DNA of 64,000 nucleotides from Alphaproteobacteria bacterium (lineage in GTDB: Bacteria; Pseudomonadota; Alphaproteobacteria; JBKEAR01), in NCBI GenBank assembly GCA_047972425.1, contig JBKEAR010000022.1:8371-72370 (forward strand), in the 5' to 3' direction. The notes under the pieces are model-generated. The model made no database searches. It was not told where the DNA came from and worked only from the letters and a program-made list of their open reading frames with translations. How positions within the stretch are numbered: the stretch's first letter is position 1; every line of letters begins with the position of its first letter. The translations under genes were made by a program, and so were the position numbers. Positions 1 through 10,506 of this stretch are shown one piece after another.

Positions 1-1326
1 TGGGATAATACCTAAATAATCAAGTAATGATCCAGTTGCTGCTAGGAGGCGATAACGATTATAAATAACCGAGTACTTACCTTCAATTAGGTTAGAATGG
101 GCAACAAATAAATCATTTTCGGCTTGTAAAACATCTAATAAGTCACGGGTGCCAGCATCAAATTCTTCACGATATGTCGCAACAACTTCTTTGGCATATT
201 GTACTTCATTGGTTAAAGCTTCAATCCGAACATCAGTACGAAGGAGCAAATCCCATGTTTTTTTCACTTCTTCAACCGCGGTACGTTCTGTGCCTTTCAT
301 AATTTCAATTTTTTCATTTACACGGTTACGATATTCACTATTACGGGCTTCTCTAATTCCGCCTGTATAAACATCCCAATTCATTACCAACATAGCCGAT
401 GCATTTCTATCTGTGCCTGTATCACCACCAGCATTGCTTGAAAGGCCAGCTTCTAGCTCAAAGTCGAGTGTTGGATAAAAAGAGGCCTCGGTTGCTTTAA
501 GCTCAGCTTTTGATACATCAATATCAGCTTTTGCATATTGAACTGTGGGGTTTTTAATAACAGCTAAATTAACGGCTTCATCTAAAGTAGATGGAATATC
601 AGAGCGTTTAATTGTTGGTTTTACTAAATTGCCCGGTTTACGACCAACTAAATTTTCAAACGAAATCGCTTGTGATTCAAGCTCTTGAGAAATCAAAGTA
701 TATGTATCTTCGGCACGAGACAAGCGAGAATTGGCTTGTGCAACATCAGCAGCCGATGCTGTACGGCTACCTAAACTACTCACTTGATCCACAATTGCTC
801 TATGAGTAGCAACATTTTGTGCGGCTAAATCTAATGTTTCTTGTTGGCGCAAAATCTCTAAATAAGCATAAGCAACCTGAACACCAATAAATTCAGAGCG
901 TTCTTTTAACCGGATTGCAGAGGCATCAACTCGTGCAGCTTGGCGTTGTTTTTCCGACTTTCTATCTCCACCATCAAAGATATTTTGGGTTAATTTCACG
1001 CTTGCATCTGAGCGCCATAATTGTGACGAACCCGAATCATACATGTGCTGGTCATCACCAGTAACCATTGCTGTGGAATAACGTGCACCATCAGCGTCAA
1101 CAACTTCCCATCCGGTATCAGCAGAGACTGAAACCTGCGGACGAGAACGACCATATGCTTGGCGTAATTCATCGTAAATTGCAGCAATATTTGCACGGCT
1201 TTCGTGGATGGAAGGATTGGTTCGGATAGCGTAATCAATTGAGTCTGTCAATGTTTCCGCAAAGGAATGAGCTGTCGCTAATGTTCCGACTGCAATGGAT
1301 GTTAATAAAAGATACTTTAACTTCAT
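1..1326 (-). CDS. tolC: TolC-family outer membrane channel (LapE/AggA-like), 3'-truncated by window edge
   Basis: Not in the ORF track because it has no stop inside the window. Manual translation from ATG at 1326 (after GAGGGG) is open to base 1: signal peptide MKLKYLLLTSIAVGTLATAHSFA-ETL, then LTQNIFDGG, SFYPTLDFE, WDVYTGG and YREEFDAGTRDLLDVLQAENDLF, all OEP/TolC motifs. Divergent from T1SS genes. Confidence 0.92.
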   Translation of the reverse strand, partial: MKLKYLLLTSIAVGTLATAHSFAETLTDSIDYAIRTNPSIHESRANIAAIYDELRQAYGRSRPQVSVSADTGWEVVDADGARYSTAMVTGDDQHMYDSGSSQLWRSDASVKLTQNIFDGGDRKSEKQRQAARVDASAIRLKERSEFIGVQVAYAYLEILRQQETLDLAAQNVATHRAIVDQVSSLGSRTASAADVAQANSRLSRAEDTYTLISQELESQAISFENLVGRKPGNLVKPTIKRSDIPSTLDEAVNLAVIKNPTVQYAKADIDVSKAELKATEASFYPTLDFELEAGLSSNAGGDTGTDRNASAMLVMNWDVYTGGIREARNSEYRNRVNEKIEIMKGTERTAVEEVKKTWDLLLRTDVRIEALTNEVQYAKEVVATYREEFDAGTRDLLDVLQAENDLFVAHSNLIEGKYSVIYNRYRLLAATGSLLDYLGIIP

Positions 1327-1580
1327 GTCTGCCCCTCTAGCAAGATTTTATATAATAATTTTAATTATATAACACTTTTAAGTGGTGTAAAATTATAATT
1401 CATTTATTATTATAATCTGTATATTCTTTCACTAATCTATATATAAACCATTGTATGTTCAATAGAAAAATAAATAAAATACATTAAAAATTAGTAAATA
1501 AAATTATAAATATAAAAAAATAAATATATATCAATAGTTTTTATTACTTATAAAAATATGGATATATTTTTCTGTTTTAC

Positions 1581-1604
1581 TATAGTTGCATAAATACAAC
1601 TATA
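1581..1604. promoter_or_regulatory. Inverted repeat TATAGTTG-N8-CAACTATA, candidate operator between tolC and the ABC gene
   Basis: Perfect 8-bp arms in the AT-rich divergent intergenic region; regulator unknown. Confidence 0.4.
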
Positions 1605-1778
1605 AAAAAGACAAATCAGTCTTTTCTTATAAAATATATTCTCTAAAATCCAAGCAATCATAATTTTGAAAAATCATACATTATAAATTATATAAATTAT
1701 TGAATAATGTTAATATATCTTTTATAAGTTAATTTCAAGACTATATATATTTAATAAACATGTATTATATTAGGACTA

Positions 1779-4262
1779 ATGATGGATCGAAAAACGGAAG
1801 AACGCCAACATTTAGAAGAGAATGCACTTAAAGAGCAAAAAACTGAATCTGAAGATGCATTATCCGGTCAGGATGTACTTAATGCAATTAAATCGGGGGC
1901 AAATATAAATCCTGAAGCATTACAAAAGTTTAGTCAGCAAGGTCAAGGAGCCGAGCAAAAAGTAATTGATGATAGTTGGCAATTAAAAAGTTCGGATATC
2001 AATGAAGATGCGCAAGATCCACTGGTTAGTTGTTTAGTGGGAATAACGCGCCTTTACGGGCGGCCATTAACTGCCGATTCAATTAAATCGGGATTACCTG
2101 TTGATCCAAATGGTATGACACCCGCAGAGTTTGTTCGTGCTGCAGATAAAATTGATTATTCCGCACGTGTCGTTCGCAGAAAATTATCGGAAGTTTCAAG
2201 CTATCTATTACCGGCTGTTTTAATGTTGCGTGACCGTACAGCTTGTATATTAACATCAAAAAATGATACGGAAGCTGAAATTATAATTTCAGAATCTGGT
2301 GAGGGAAGTACAGTTATACCCTTAGCCGAGCTTGAAGAACGCTATATTGGCCATGCAATATTCATTAAACCGTTATTTAAATATGATCGCCAAAATGATG
2401 AAAAAAAAGATGAGCAACTTTTTCATTGGTTTTGGGGAACATTACGAAAATTTTCCAAAACATATTCGCAAGTGGCAATTGCATCAATCCTAGTGAATAT
2501 GATGGCTATTGCCGCATCATTATTTTCTTTAACCGTTTACGATCGTGTTATACCCAATATTCAGAACCAAAGTGCGTTTAGCACTTTATATATGCTCTTA
2601 GTTGGTATGGGTTTTGTCGTTATGTTCGACTTTATTCTGAAAACATTAAGGGGATATTTTGTTGATAATGCCGGTAAACGTGCCGATGTATTGCTTTCGG
2701 CAAAATTGTTTGAGCAAGTTTTATCGATGAAAATGCTCGCACGCCCTGGGTCATCAGGTGGGTTTGCATCGCGAATGCGTGAATATGAAACCTTAAGAGA
2801 GTTTTTTACATCCGCAACAATGATTGCACTGATTGACCTACCATTTATTTTTATTTTCTTGTTTGTTATTAATATGATTGGTCATCAAATCGTTTATGTG
2901 CCTCTTGTTGCTATTCCGCTTGTTATCGGTTTAGGACTATTGGTTCAGTTTCCGCTCCGTGCGCAAATTGAAAAAATGCAACAACAAACTAATCAAAAAC
3001 AAGGTATATTGGTAGAAACTATCCAAGGGTTAGAAACGGTAAAAGCCTTAGGTGCAGAAGGGCAAATGCAAAGAGAGTGGGAAAAATTTGTGGGTGAGTC
3101 TGCTCGTTCTTCGCAAAGGGCTCGGTTTATTTCGCAAATGGGTGTGAATTTAGCGATGTCCATTCAGCAACTTGTCACGGTTGCGGTTGTTACCGTTGGG
3201 GTCTATTTGGTTTCTAAAGGCGAAATTACCATGGGGGTAATTATTGCCTGTTCAATTCTGGTTGGCCGAACAATGGCACCTCTTGCACAAATAGCGGGGT
3301 TATTACAACGGATGCATCAGAGTTTAAACTCATTAAAACATTTAAATGAGATTATGAATTTACCCACAGAACGCCCGAAAGGAAGGGAGTTTTTAAGTCG
3401 TCCGGTTAAAATAGGTGAAATTGAATTTAAAGATGTGACATTCTCTTATCCCGAAGCCGCTATTCCGGCATTAAAAAATGTATCTTTCAAAATTCAACCT
3501 GGCGAAAGAGTTGCATTTTTAGGTCCTATAGGATCCGGTAAATCAACAGTTGCAAAATTGATTATTGGACTATATGAGCCCTCTGAAGGTGCGGTATTGT
3601 TGGATGGTACAGATGTTAGGCAAATTGACCCTGCGGATATTCGCCGAAGTGTGGGGACAGTATTGCAGGATGTTTTGCTCTTTCATGGTTCGGTTCGCGA
3701 AAATATCGCAATGAGTGCCCCTTATGCCGATGATGCAATGATTTTAAAGGCAGCAAAAATGTCGGGAGCTGATGACTTTATTTCGCAACATCCCCATGGT
3801 TATGGCATGCAAGTTGGTGAGAAAGGCAATAACCTTTCGGGTGGGCAAAGGCAGTCTATTGCTCTTGCCAGAGCTTTATTGACGGATCCGAAAATATTAT
3901 TGTTAGATGAGCCAACCTCAATGATGGATATGGCTAGCGAACGACAATTTGTTGAAAGATTAAAACGCTCTTTCCATGATAAAACCCTTATTGTTATTAC
4001 ACATCGGCCTTCACTTTTTCAAGCCGTCGATAGGCTTATTGTCCTAGGCCAAGGGGAAGTTAAAGCTGATGGTTCGCGGGAACAAATACTCAACCAATCG
4101 CGCCGGGCTGCACAAGGGGGAAACCCAGCACGTAGGCAAAATATTATTAGTGACGCCCAGCAGAAGGCAATGAAAAAACCGCAAGCCTCAACCCCAGATG
4201 CATCTGTAAAGAAAACAATTGTGCAACCACAAATAACACCAATAAAAAAAGAGGGTGAATAA
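1779..4262 (+). CDS. Type I secretion ABC transporter/permease (LapB/LssB family, C39-like N-domain)
   Basis: DPLVSCL...GLP C39-like domain, VYDRVIP transmembrane region, Walker A GPIGSGKST, signature LSGGQRQ, Walker B LLLDEPT, ITHR. Confidence 0.95.
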   Translation: MMDRKTEERQHLEENALKEQKTESEDALSGQDVLNAIKSGANINPEALQKFSQQGQGAEQKVIDDSWQLKSSDINEDAQDPLVSCLVGITRLYGRPLTADSIKSGLPVDPNGMTPAEFVRAADKIDYSARVVRRKLSEVSSYLLPAVLMLRDRTACILTSKNDTEAEIIISESGEGSTVIPLAELEERYIGHAIFIKPLFKYDRQNDEKKDEQLFHWFWGTLRKFSKTYSQVAIASILVNMMAIAASLFSLTVYDRVIPNIQNQSAFSTLYMLLVGMGFVVMFDFILKTLRGYFVDNAGKRADVLLSAKLFEQVLSMKMLARPGSSGGFASRMREYETLREFFTSATMIALIDLPFIFIFLFVINMIGHQIVYVPLVAIPLVIGLGLLVQFPLRAQIEKMQQQTNQKQGILVETIQGLETVKALGAEGQMQREWEKFVGESARSSQRARFISQMGVNLAMSIQQLVTVAVVTVGVYLVSKGEITMGVIIACSILVGRTMAPLAQIAGLLQRMHQSLNSLKHLNEIMNLPTERPKGREFLSRPVKIGEIEFKDVTFSYPEAAIPALKNVSFKIQPGERVAFLGPIGSGKSTVAKLIIGLYEPSEGAVLLDGTDVRQIDPADIRRSVGTVLQDVLLFHGSVRENIAMSAPYADDAMILKAAKMSGADDFISQHPHGYGMQVGEKGNNLSGGQRQSIALARALLTDPKILLLDEPTSMMDMASERQFVERLKRSFHDKTLIVITHRPSLFQAVDRLIVLGQGEVKADGSREQILNQSRRAAQGGNPARRQNIISDAQQKAMKKPQASTPDASVKKTIVQPQITPIKKEGE

Positions 4263-5593
4263 TGGCTGAGTGGACACAAGATGATTTATATTCTGATGAT
4301 TCATCTCAGATAGCAAGAACACCACCAACAGCCGGTATTGCCATTATGATTGTTGGCATAATTGTTATCACCGTAGCGAGTCTATGGATGCATTTTGCCC
4401 AATTAGATATTGTTACGCATGGGTCAGGGCAAGTTGTACCAACTTATGGTGTGCCTGAGTTACAAAATAATGAGGGAGGAATTGTTGATGAAATTTTTAT
4501 ACGTGAAGGTGATACTGTTCAAAAAGGGGATCCAATTATTCAATTAATTAATCCGACGATAATTTCTAATTTGGATCAAGCTCAGGCACGTAAAAATGTT
4601 TTGGATTTACAACTTAAGAGCGTAAGTGCAGAATATCAGAATTTGGATGAGATTAATTATACCGATGAAGAAAAAAATGCATATCCATTCGTTGTTGCGC
4701 GCCAAGAACAAGCATTTGAGATACGAAAACAGCTATTTAAAAATACGCAAGAGATTGCCAATGCCCAATTACAGCAAGCCTTGGCTGACAAACAAATTTT
4801 AGATGCAAAGTTATCGGGATTATTAGAGCAGCAAGAGTCATTGCAAAAAGAAGCTGCAATTATTTTTCCACTTGTTGATAAAGGTACGTTACCAGCTGTT
4901 CAGGGTGTGAATTTACAACAACAAGTATCTGAAATTCAAAATGAAATAGCCATTGAAGAGTCAAGGATACCAGAGGTTGATAGTGCAATTGCAGAAGCGC
5001 AGCAAAAAATACGGGAAACAGAGCAAAGATGGGTAAGAGAAGTTGCCGAAAAAATTTCTGCTTTACGTGGTGAGGTTGACCAAGTTAATGAGCGGATTAT
5101 AGGGGCACAAAATGCAGTAGAGCGCTCTTTGATGACTGCAGATGAAGATGGTATTATTAAAACACTTAATGTTAGTTCAATTGGCGATGTTGTTAAGCCC
5201 GGTGAAACCGTTGCGGAGCTTGTGCCATTAGGAGAAAAGCTTTTAATTGAAGCACAGCTAGAACCAAAAGATAGGGGGCAAATTACCCAAGGGGCATTAG
5301 CGAATGTAAAAATTACAGCATATGATGCTTCAATTTTTGGTTCTATTCTTGGTGAAGTTGTGGCAATTTCTCCCGATACAATTCAGGATGAGCGAAATCC
5401 CGATAGAAAATATTTTACTGTTACAGTAAGTACAGAAAAGGATTACCTAGTTGATAATCGAACAGGTAAACATTTACAAATTATTCCGGGAATGGCAGCA
5501 AGTGTTGATATTCGTACGGGCGCACTTTCTGTTTGGGATCGGATGTTAAGGCCCTTTAAGAATATACTCAGTGAGGCAGGGAAAGAAAGTTAA
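4262..5593 (+). CDS. HlyD-family T1SS periplasmic adaptor (MFP) 1
   Basis: N-terminal TM helix, GGIVDEIFIREGDTVQKGD lipoyl half, coiled coil, VKITAYDASIFGSILGEVVAISPD, IIPGMAASVDIRTG; TAATG overlap with the ABC gene. Confidence 0.93.
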   Translation: MAEWTQDDLYSDDSSQIARTPPTAGIAIMIVGIIVITVASLWMHFAQLDIVTHGSGQVVPTYGVPELQNNEGGIVDEIFIREGDTVQKGDPIIQLINPTIISNLDQAQARKNVLDLQLKSVSAEYQNLDEINYTDEEKNAYPFVVARQEQAFEIRKQLFKNTQEIANAQLQQALADKQILDAKLSGLLEQQESLQKEAAIIFPLVDKGTLPAVQGVNLQQQVSEIQNEIAIEESRIPEVDSAIAEAQQKIRETEQRWVREVAEKISALRGEVDQVNERIIGAQNAVERSLMTADEDGIIKTLNVSSIGDVVKPGETVAELVPLGEKLLIEAQLEPKDRGQITQGALANVKITAYDASIFGSILGEVVAISPDTIQDERNPDRKYFTVTVSTEKDYLVDNRTGKHLQIIPGMAASVDIRTGALSVWDRMLRPFKNILSEAGKES

Positions 5594-5596
5594 TTG

Positions 5597-7045
5597 ATGA
5601 AAATATTTAATAAATCAACTGTCGATAAAGTAAATAAAAAGTCCTCTGATCAAGACTTTTATAGTGAAACAGTTTCAGCATCTATTTCGGGCCCAACACC
5701 CTTTGCCATTATAGTTTTGTGGATTATTGCCGCTATCATTTTTGTGTTAATACTATCTTCTATGATTATTTCGCGTAATACCGAGGTAATTGCCTTAGGA
5801 AAGGTTACACCAAGTTTAGAAATTCGTACCATAGAAAGTTTAGAACAAGGAATTGTAGAAACCATCAATGTGCGCGAAAATGAGCATGTTGAAAAAGGTG
5901 AGACACTTTTGCGTCTTTCTTTTAACTCGAGGCAAAGTGAATTAGCCGAGGCCATTGCACGGCAGTATGCGCTACTTGCTCGCTCGGAACGTATGGTTGC
6001 TTTACTAGATGAAACTGATTTTGTGGTCCCTGAGTTGTTAAGGGAGCAGGCACCAGTTGCCGTTGCCAATGAGACCTCTGTTTTTGATGCGACATTACAA
6101 GGTTTTAATGCCCAAAAGGATGTTTATATTTCGAGACTTGAGCAGAAAAAATCCGAAAAAGAATCAAAACTTGCAGAAAAGACAAAAACAACTGATGCTC
6201 TCAATTTAGCAACCGAAGAAAAAAATATTATCGAACCCCTTGTACAAAGGCGGGCACAACCAGAAATTAAGCTTATTCAGCGTGAGCGCGATGTTATTAT
6301 TGCACAATCCGATCTTAATATGATTGAGGCTACATTACCAAAAGTTGATGCCGCTATTGAACAATCGCAGGCTGAGCTGGACGAGGCTGTTATGCGGCAA
6401 AAAGAAGAAATATCTGATGAACTCACAGAGGTTTTGGCTGAGTTAGCAGAGCTTGATAAAAAAATTGAAGGCTATCAAGATACAATAGGGCGGCGAGATA
6501 TTCTTGCGCCAGTAAGCGGAATTGTTCAGAAATTATATGTCAATTCAATAGGAAATATTGCACTTGCAGGGGAACCACTTGTTGATTTAGTTCCTGATGA
6601 AGATAGCACATTAATTACAGTGAATATTAACCCGCAAGATCGGGGGCAAATTCAAGAATGTTTGTGGACAGAAATTAATATTACAGCTTTTGATATTGAT
6701 AAATATGGAACGATTTCTGGTTGGGTAGAGCGTATATCGCCGGACTCAATAAAAGATGAACGCGGTAGAGTATTTTTTGAGGCTGATATTCGCACAAATA
6801 TTACAGAAATTAAGCAGCCTAAATCAGATGAAATGCATCCGATTTCTGTTGGTATGGAGGCGAAAGTATTTATAAAGACGGGTGAACGTAGAATTTTAGG
6901 TTATGTTCTTAAGCCCTTAGCAAAAAATTTGAAGGGTTGGTCTAATCAAGAAGAAGCCGTTGCATCGGGCTTGTTTAATAATGATTGTTTGAAAACACGA
7001 AATGTTGATCCAGTTGATCCGGAAGAAGAGAATAATAATTCTTAA
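5597..7045 (+). CDS. HlyD-family T1SS periplasmic adaptor (MFP) 2
   Basis: TM helix, SLEQGIVETINVRENEHVEKG, ILAPVSGIV, ITAFDIDKYGTISGWVERISPDS, VGMEAKVFIKTGERRILGYVLKPL; start TTG 5594 or ATG 5597. Confidence 0.92.
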   Translation: MKIFNKSTVDKVNKKSSDQDFYSETVSASISGPTPFAIIVLWIIAAIIFVLILSSMIISRNTEVIALGKVTPSLEIRTIESLEQGIVETINVRENEHVEKGETLLRLSFNSRQSELAEAIARQYALLARSERMVALLDETDFVVPELLREQAPVAVANETSVFDATLQGFNAQKDVYISRLEQKKSEKESKLAEKTKTTDALNLATEEKNIIEPLVQRRAQPEIKLIQRERDVIIAQSDLNMIEATLPKVDAAIEQSQAELDEAVMRQKEEISDELTEVLAELAELDKKIEGYQDTIGRRDILAPVSGIVQKLYVNSIGNIALAGEPLVDLVPDEDSTLITVNINPQDRGQIQECLWTEINITAFDIDKYGTISGWVERISPDSIKDERGRVFFEADIRTNITEIKQPKSDEMHPISVGMEAKVFIKTGERRILGYVLKPLAKNLKGWSNQEEAVASGLFNNDCLKTRNVDPVDPEEENNNS

Positions 7046-7067
7046 ATTTAAGTGAATAGTATCATAT

Positions 7068-7103
7068 AAAAACCCTATCTCATGGAGATAGGGTTTATTT
7101 TTT
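7068..7103. terminator. Bidirectional intrinsic terminator between T1SS and dsbA
   Basis: AAACCCTATCTC-atg-GAGATAGGGTTT with A-run before and T-run after. Confidence 0.85.
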
Positions 7104-7123
7104 ATAGATAAAAAGTGATATTA

Positions 7124-7849
7124 TTATTTAAGTTGCTGCTCAACAGATTGTTTAATCGTATCGTAACCAACAGCACCCCGATAAATATCTGTTTTACCAA
7201 CAGCATAAAATGGTGTACCTTGAATATTTGCACCATCGGCAATATCTAAATTTTGGCTGATTACAGATGTAATAGCATCTTCTTGGGCAAGTTTACTAAT
7301 TTTATCCCAATCGCCCCCAAGAGATTTAATAAGATTTTCGATTGCCGTATCAGAAAGCTGGCTTTTAGCTGTCATAAGTTCGTTATGAAATTGTTCCCAT
7401 TGCTCCGGATATAATTGCCAAAAAGCGGTTGAATAAGCGGCAACTTGTCCTGAATAGTGACCAAGAATAGGAATGTTCACAATCTTAACTTGAAGCTCAG
7501 GGTGTTCTTTTGTTAATTTCAATAAATCAGGCCACATTAATTTACAATAGCCACATGCATAATCCATAAACTCAGTTAATATTAATTTAGGATCATCAAT
7601 ATTGCCAATAGCAGGGATATCCTTATTCGCATAAATATTATCTAAAGCCGTATTTAGATAAGCTTCTTGCGCGGCTATTTCTTTTTTTTGTAATGCAATT
7701 TGCATTTCAATTAGCATCTCAGGATTATCTAAAAGATATTCCCGAACAATATTTTGAACCTCGGTTTTATCCGCTGCATTCATCTCGGCATATACTGGTA
7801 TTGTCCCAAGCGAAAGCAAACATACAGAAATGGCTACGAGTTTTTTCAT
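7124..7849 (-). CDS. DsbA/Com1-like thiol-disulfide oxidoreductase
   Basis: Signal peptide, IVREYLLDNPE N-domain, EFMDYACGYCK (CxxC), cis-Pro loop IQGTP. Confidence 0.9.
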   Translation of the reverse strand: MKKLVAISVCLLSLGTIPVYAEMNAADKTEVQNIVREYLLDNPEMLIEMQIALQKKEIAAQEAYLNTALDNIYANKDIPAIGNIDDPKLILTEFMDYACGYCKLMWPDLLKLTKEHPELQVKIVNIPILGHYSGQVAAYSTAFWQLYPEQWEQFHNELMTAKSQLSDTAIENLIKSLGGDWDKISKLAQEDAITSVISQNLDIADGANIQGTPFYAVGKTDIYRGAVGYDTIKQSVEQQLK

Positions 7850-7870
7850 TATCTATGCTCCATTCAATTA

Positions 7871-10102
7871 TTATTTATTCCACCAACCCCGTTTTTTGGG
7901 TTGGCCGCTTTTTTCTTCTGCCTTTTTATTTGTTGTTACAGCAGGTTTTTGCACAGAAACAACAGGCTCAGCCTGTTTTTCAGTTTTGGCCGAAACAACA
8001 TTTTCTTCTTTATTTTGTTTTGGCTTTTCTGCTCGCCGGGTATTACGCGCCGGTCTGTTGCGTGTTTTTGCTGTGGGTTTTTTATTGTTATTTTCCGGTG
8101 TTTGTACAGGTAAACTTTCTGCTTTTTCTTCTTTTACTTCATTGGCTTGTCTTGGCTTTTTATGAGTATTCGTCACCGTTGTATCCGAAGTATTTTGCAG
8201 TTGTTGCTTCTCTGTATTGGTTTTTTCTTTATTTTGAACTGACTTATCTTCAATCGGAATATTGCGTGCAGCCTGATTTTGCGGTACATCATTCTGATTA
8301 TTTCGGTTAGGTCTTCTTCTTCTTCTGCGTTTGCGTTTATTTGTATTATCGCTCTGTGCAGCGGTTTCTTCTACCACCTCGGTTGTTTCAGTTGAAATCG
8401 TTTCATGGATAATAGGGGTATCATCATTGCTATCATTTGTTTGCGCAATCTTAATACGGTCAATCCGAAACTCTGTAGAATTTAAATTACTATCAGAGAT
8501 AATTGAAATACGAATATCATGCTCTCGCTCAATCTGATTAATCCATTCGCGTTTCTCATTAAGTATCCATAATGCAGATGCTTCATTGGTATAAACAAGC
8601 ATGGTTGAAAGTGACTTCATTAACTCGGCTTCAATACCGCGGATAACTTGTAAACCAGCAGCCTCAACCGACCATTTTATTCCGTTTCCGCTACAATGGT
8701 TACAAGGTGCAGTAACCGCCTCTAATAAAGATGGGCTTGTTCTTTGGCGCGAAAGTTCTAATAAACCAAATGGAGAGATATGCCCAACTTGCACCCGAGA
8801 GCGATCAATACTTAAAGCTTCACGTAAACGGCGCTCAACCATAGTTTTATGGCGGCTAACTTCCATATCAATAAAATCGATAACGACCAAACCAGCAAGG
8901 TTACGCAAGCGTAGCTGGCGTGCAACCTCTGTTGCGGCTTCAATATTGGTTGCAACAGCAGTATCTTCTACCGAGTTTTCTTTTGTCGATTTACCGGAGT
9001 TCACATCAACGGCAATAAGTGCCTCGGTTGGGTTAATAACTAAATAACCACCCGATGGCAAAGCTGCCTCGGGGGAAAGTAGCTGTTCAAGCTGCTTTTC
9101 TGTTCCCCAACGCTCAAATAATGGTACGCGCTTATCTTGATATTGGCGTAACTTATTAATACGGCTTGGGATTAACAAACTCATAAATTCTTTTGCTGTT
9201 TCAAAACCTTTAGAGCCAGCAATTAAAATTTCATTAATTTCTCTGGAGTACATATCCCGGATAGTACGTTTAATTAAATCCGCTTCTTCATATAATAAAG
9301 TTGGTACATAACTATTTAATGCTTTTGTGCGGATTGAACTCCATACCCGAAGGAGGTACTCGTAATCGCGTTGAATATCAAGGCGCGATTTTTGCGAGCC
9401 TGCGGTACGAACAATAACCGCCATATCCTCAGGCATTTGCAATGTTTTTAAAATATCGCGAAGTCTGCGGCGATCACTAACCGATGCAATCCGGCGAGAA
9501 ACACCACCAGTATGATTTGTATTTGGCATTAACACACAATATCGGCCTGCAACTGATAAATATGTTGTTAAAGCAGCACCTTTGTTTCCGCGCTCCTCTT
9601 TAACAACTTGTATCAGTAATATTTGCCGGCGTTTTAAAACATCTTGGATATTATAACGACGATGGGGCGGTAAATAATCATTATTACCATTAGATTTTGG
9701 CGCTTTTTCGATATCAATTTCTAATTCGTCATCATCCAAATCATCTAAGTCACTATCATCAGTATCTGTTGTTGGTGTTGTTTCCAAATCATCAAAATGA
9801 CTACGTTTTCTTTTGCTATCATAAAAAGCATCAATTTCTTTACGTTCGCTATCTGGGATTAGAAAATAATCCGGATGAATTTCAGAAAAAGGCAAAAATC
9901 CGTGGCGGTTTCCACCATATTCAACAAAGGCGGCTTGTAAAGAAGGTTCAATTCTGGAAATTCGTGCAAGATATATATTTCCCTTGAGGGGTTTTTTTGA
10001 TGTAACCTCTACTTCAAAATCTTCAATTTGGTTACCATCAATCAGTGCAACACGAGTTTGTTCTTGGTGGGTTGCATCCACCAAAATGCGTTTGGTTCCC
10101 AT
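7871..10102 (-). CDS. rne: Ribonuclease E
   Basis: KGNIYLARISRIEPSLQAAFVEYGGNRHGFL S1 domain, DVNSG, LRLRNLAGLVVIDFIDM, CxxC zinc link, Arg-rich disordered C-terminus ending KRGWW. Confidence 0.97.
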   Translation of the reverse strand: MGTKRILVDATHQEQTRVALIDGNQIEDFEVEVTSKKPLKGNIYLARISRIEPSLQAAFVEYGGNRHGFLPFSEIHPDYFLIPDSERKEIDAFYDSKRKRSHFDDLETTPTTDTDDSDLDDLDDDELEIDIEKAPKSNGNNDYLPPHRRYNIQDVLKRRQILLIQVVKEERGNKGAALTTYLSVAGRYCVLMPNTNHTGGVSRRIASVSDRRRLRDILKTLQMPEDMAVIVRTAGSQKSRLDIQRDYEYLLRVWSSIRTKALNSYVPTLLYEEADLIKRTIRDMYSREINEILIAGSKGFETAKEFMSLLIPSRINKLRQYQDKRVPLFERWGTEKQLEQLLSPEAALPSGGYLVINPTEALIAVDVNSGKSTKENSVEDTAVATNIEAATEVARQLRLRNLAGLVVIDFIDMEVSRHKTMVERRLREALSIDRSRVQVGHISPFGLLELSRQRTSPSLLEAVTAPCNHCSGNGIKWSVEAAGLQVIRGIEAELMKSLSTMLVYTNEASALWILNEKREWINQIEREHDIRISIISDSNLNSTEFRIDRIKIAQTNDSNDDTPIIHETISTETTEVVEETAAQSDNTNKRKRRRRRRPNRNNQNDVPQNQAARNIPIEDKSVQNKEKTNTEKQQLQNTSDTTVTNTHKKPRQANEVKEEKAESLPVQTPENNNKKPTAKTRNRPARNTRRAEKPKQNKEENVVSAKTEKQAEPVVSVQKPAVTTNKKAEEKSGQPKKRGWWNK

Positions 10103-10506
10103 ATGGGTTTCCTTAATTCTTATATAATTTTATAATTACTTTTTATATTCTCGTTTAATTTTTCCCAACATCAGCTGTCTTTTGCCTCAACCCATAAGGG
10201 AGGCATCATAGCCGGAGGAGCCAAATTAAATCGTAAACCCTAAAAAATAGAGTTAAATTATTATAACTCATTTATATATATACCTTCGAAATTAATATTT
10301 GCCAAGTTTTATATCATTTATTAACAGTTTTTTGCCGATTTTAGGATAAATTATTTACTATTCAGTGATTGCGTGAAAGTGTCATAGTTATAACAAATTT
10401 ATCCGCCATATTATCTTTAAAAAAAAGATGAAGCATGTTATATACAGTGATGTTTTATAGATAATTCAGTAATAATAAGCTTATTTAAGTAATGTAGGAC
10501 TTTATT

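Noticed and set aside
149-1238. Short ORFs 149-370, 612-809 and 996-1238
   Set aside because: Shadow frames of the tolC gene, which is open from 1326 to the window edge; tolC is not a pseudogene
7693-9987. Several Phe/Leu-rich plus-strand ORFs up to 205 aa
   Set aside because: Antisense read-through of the Lys/Glu/Asn-rich rne and dsbA sequence; no motifs or RBS
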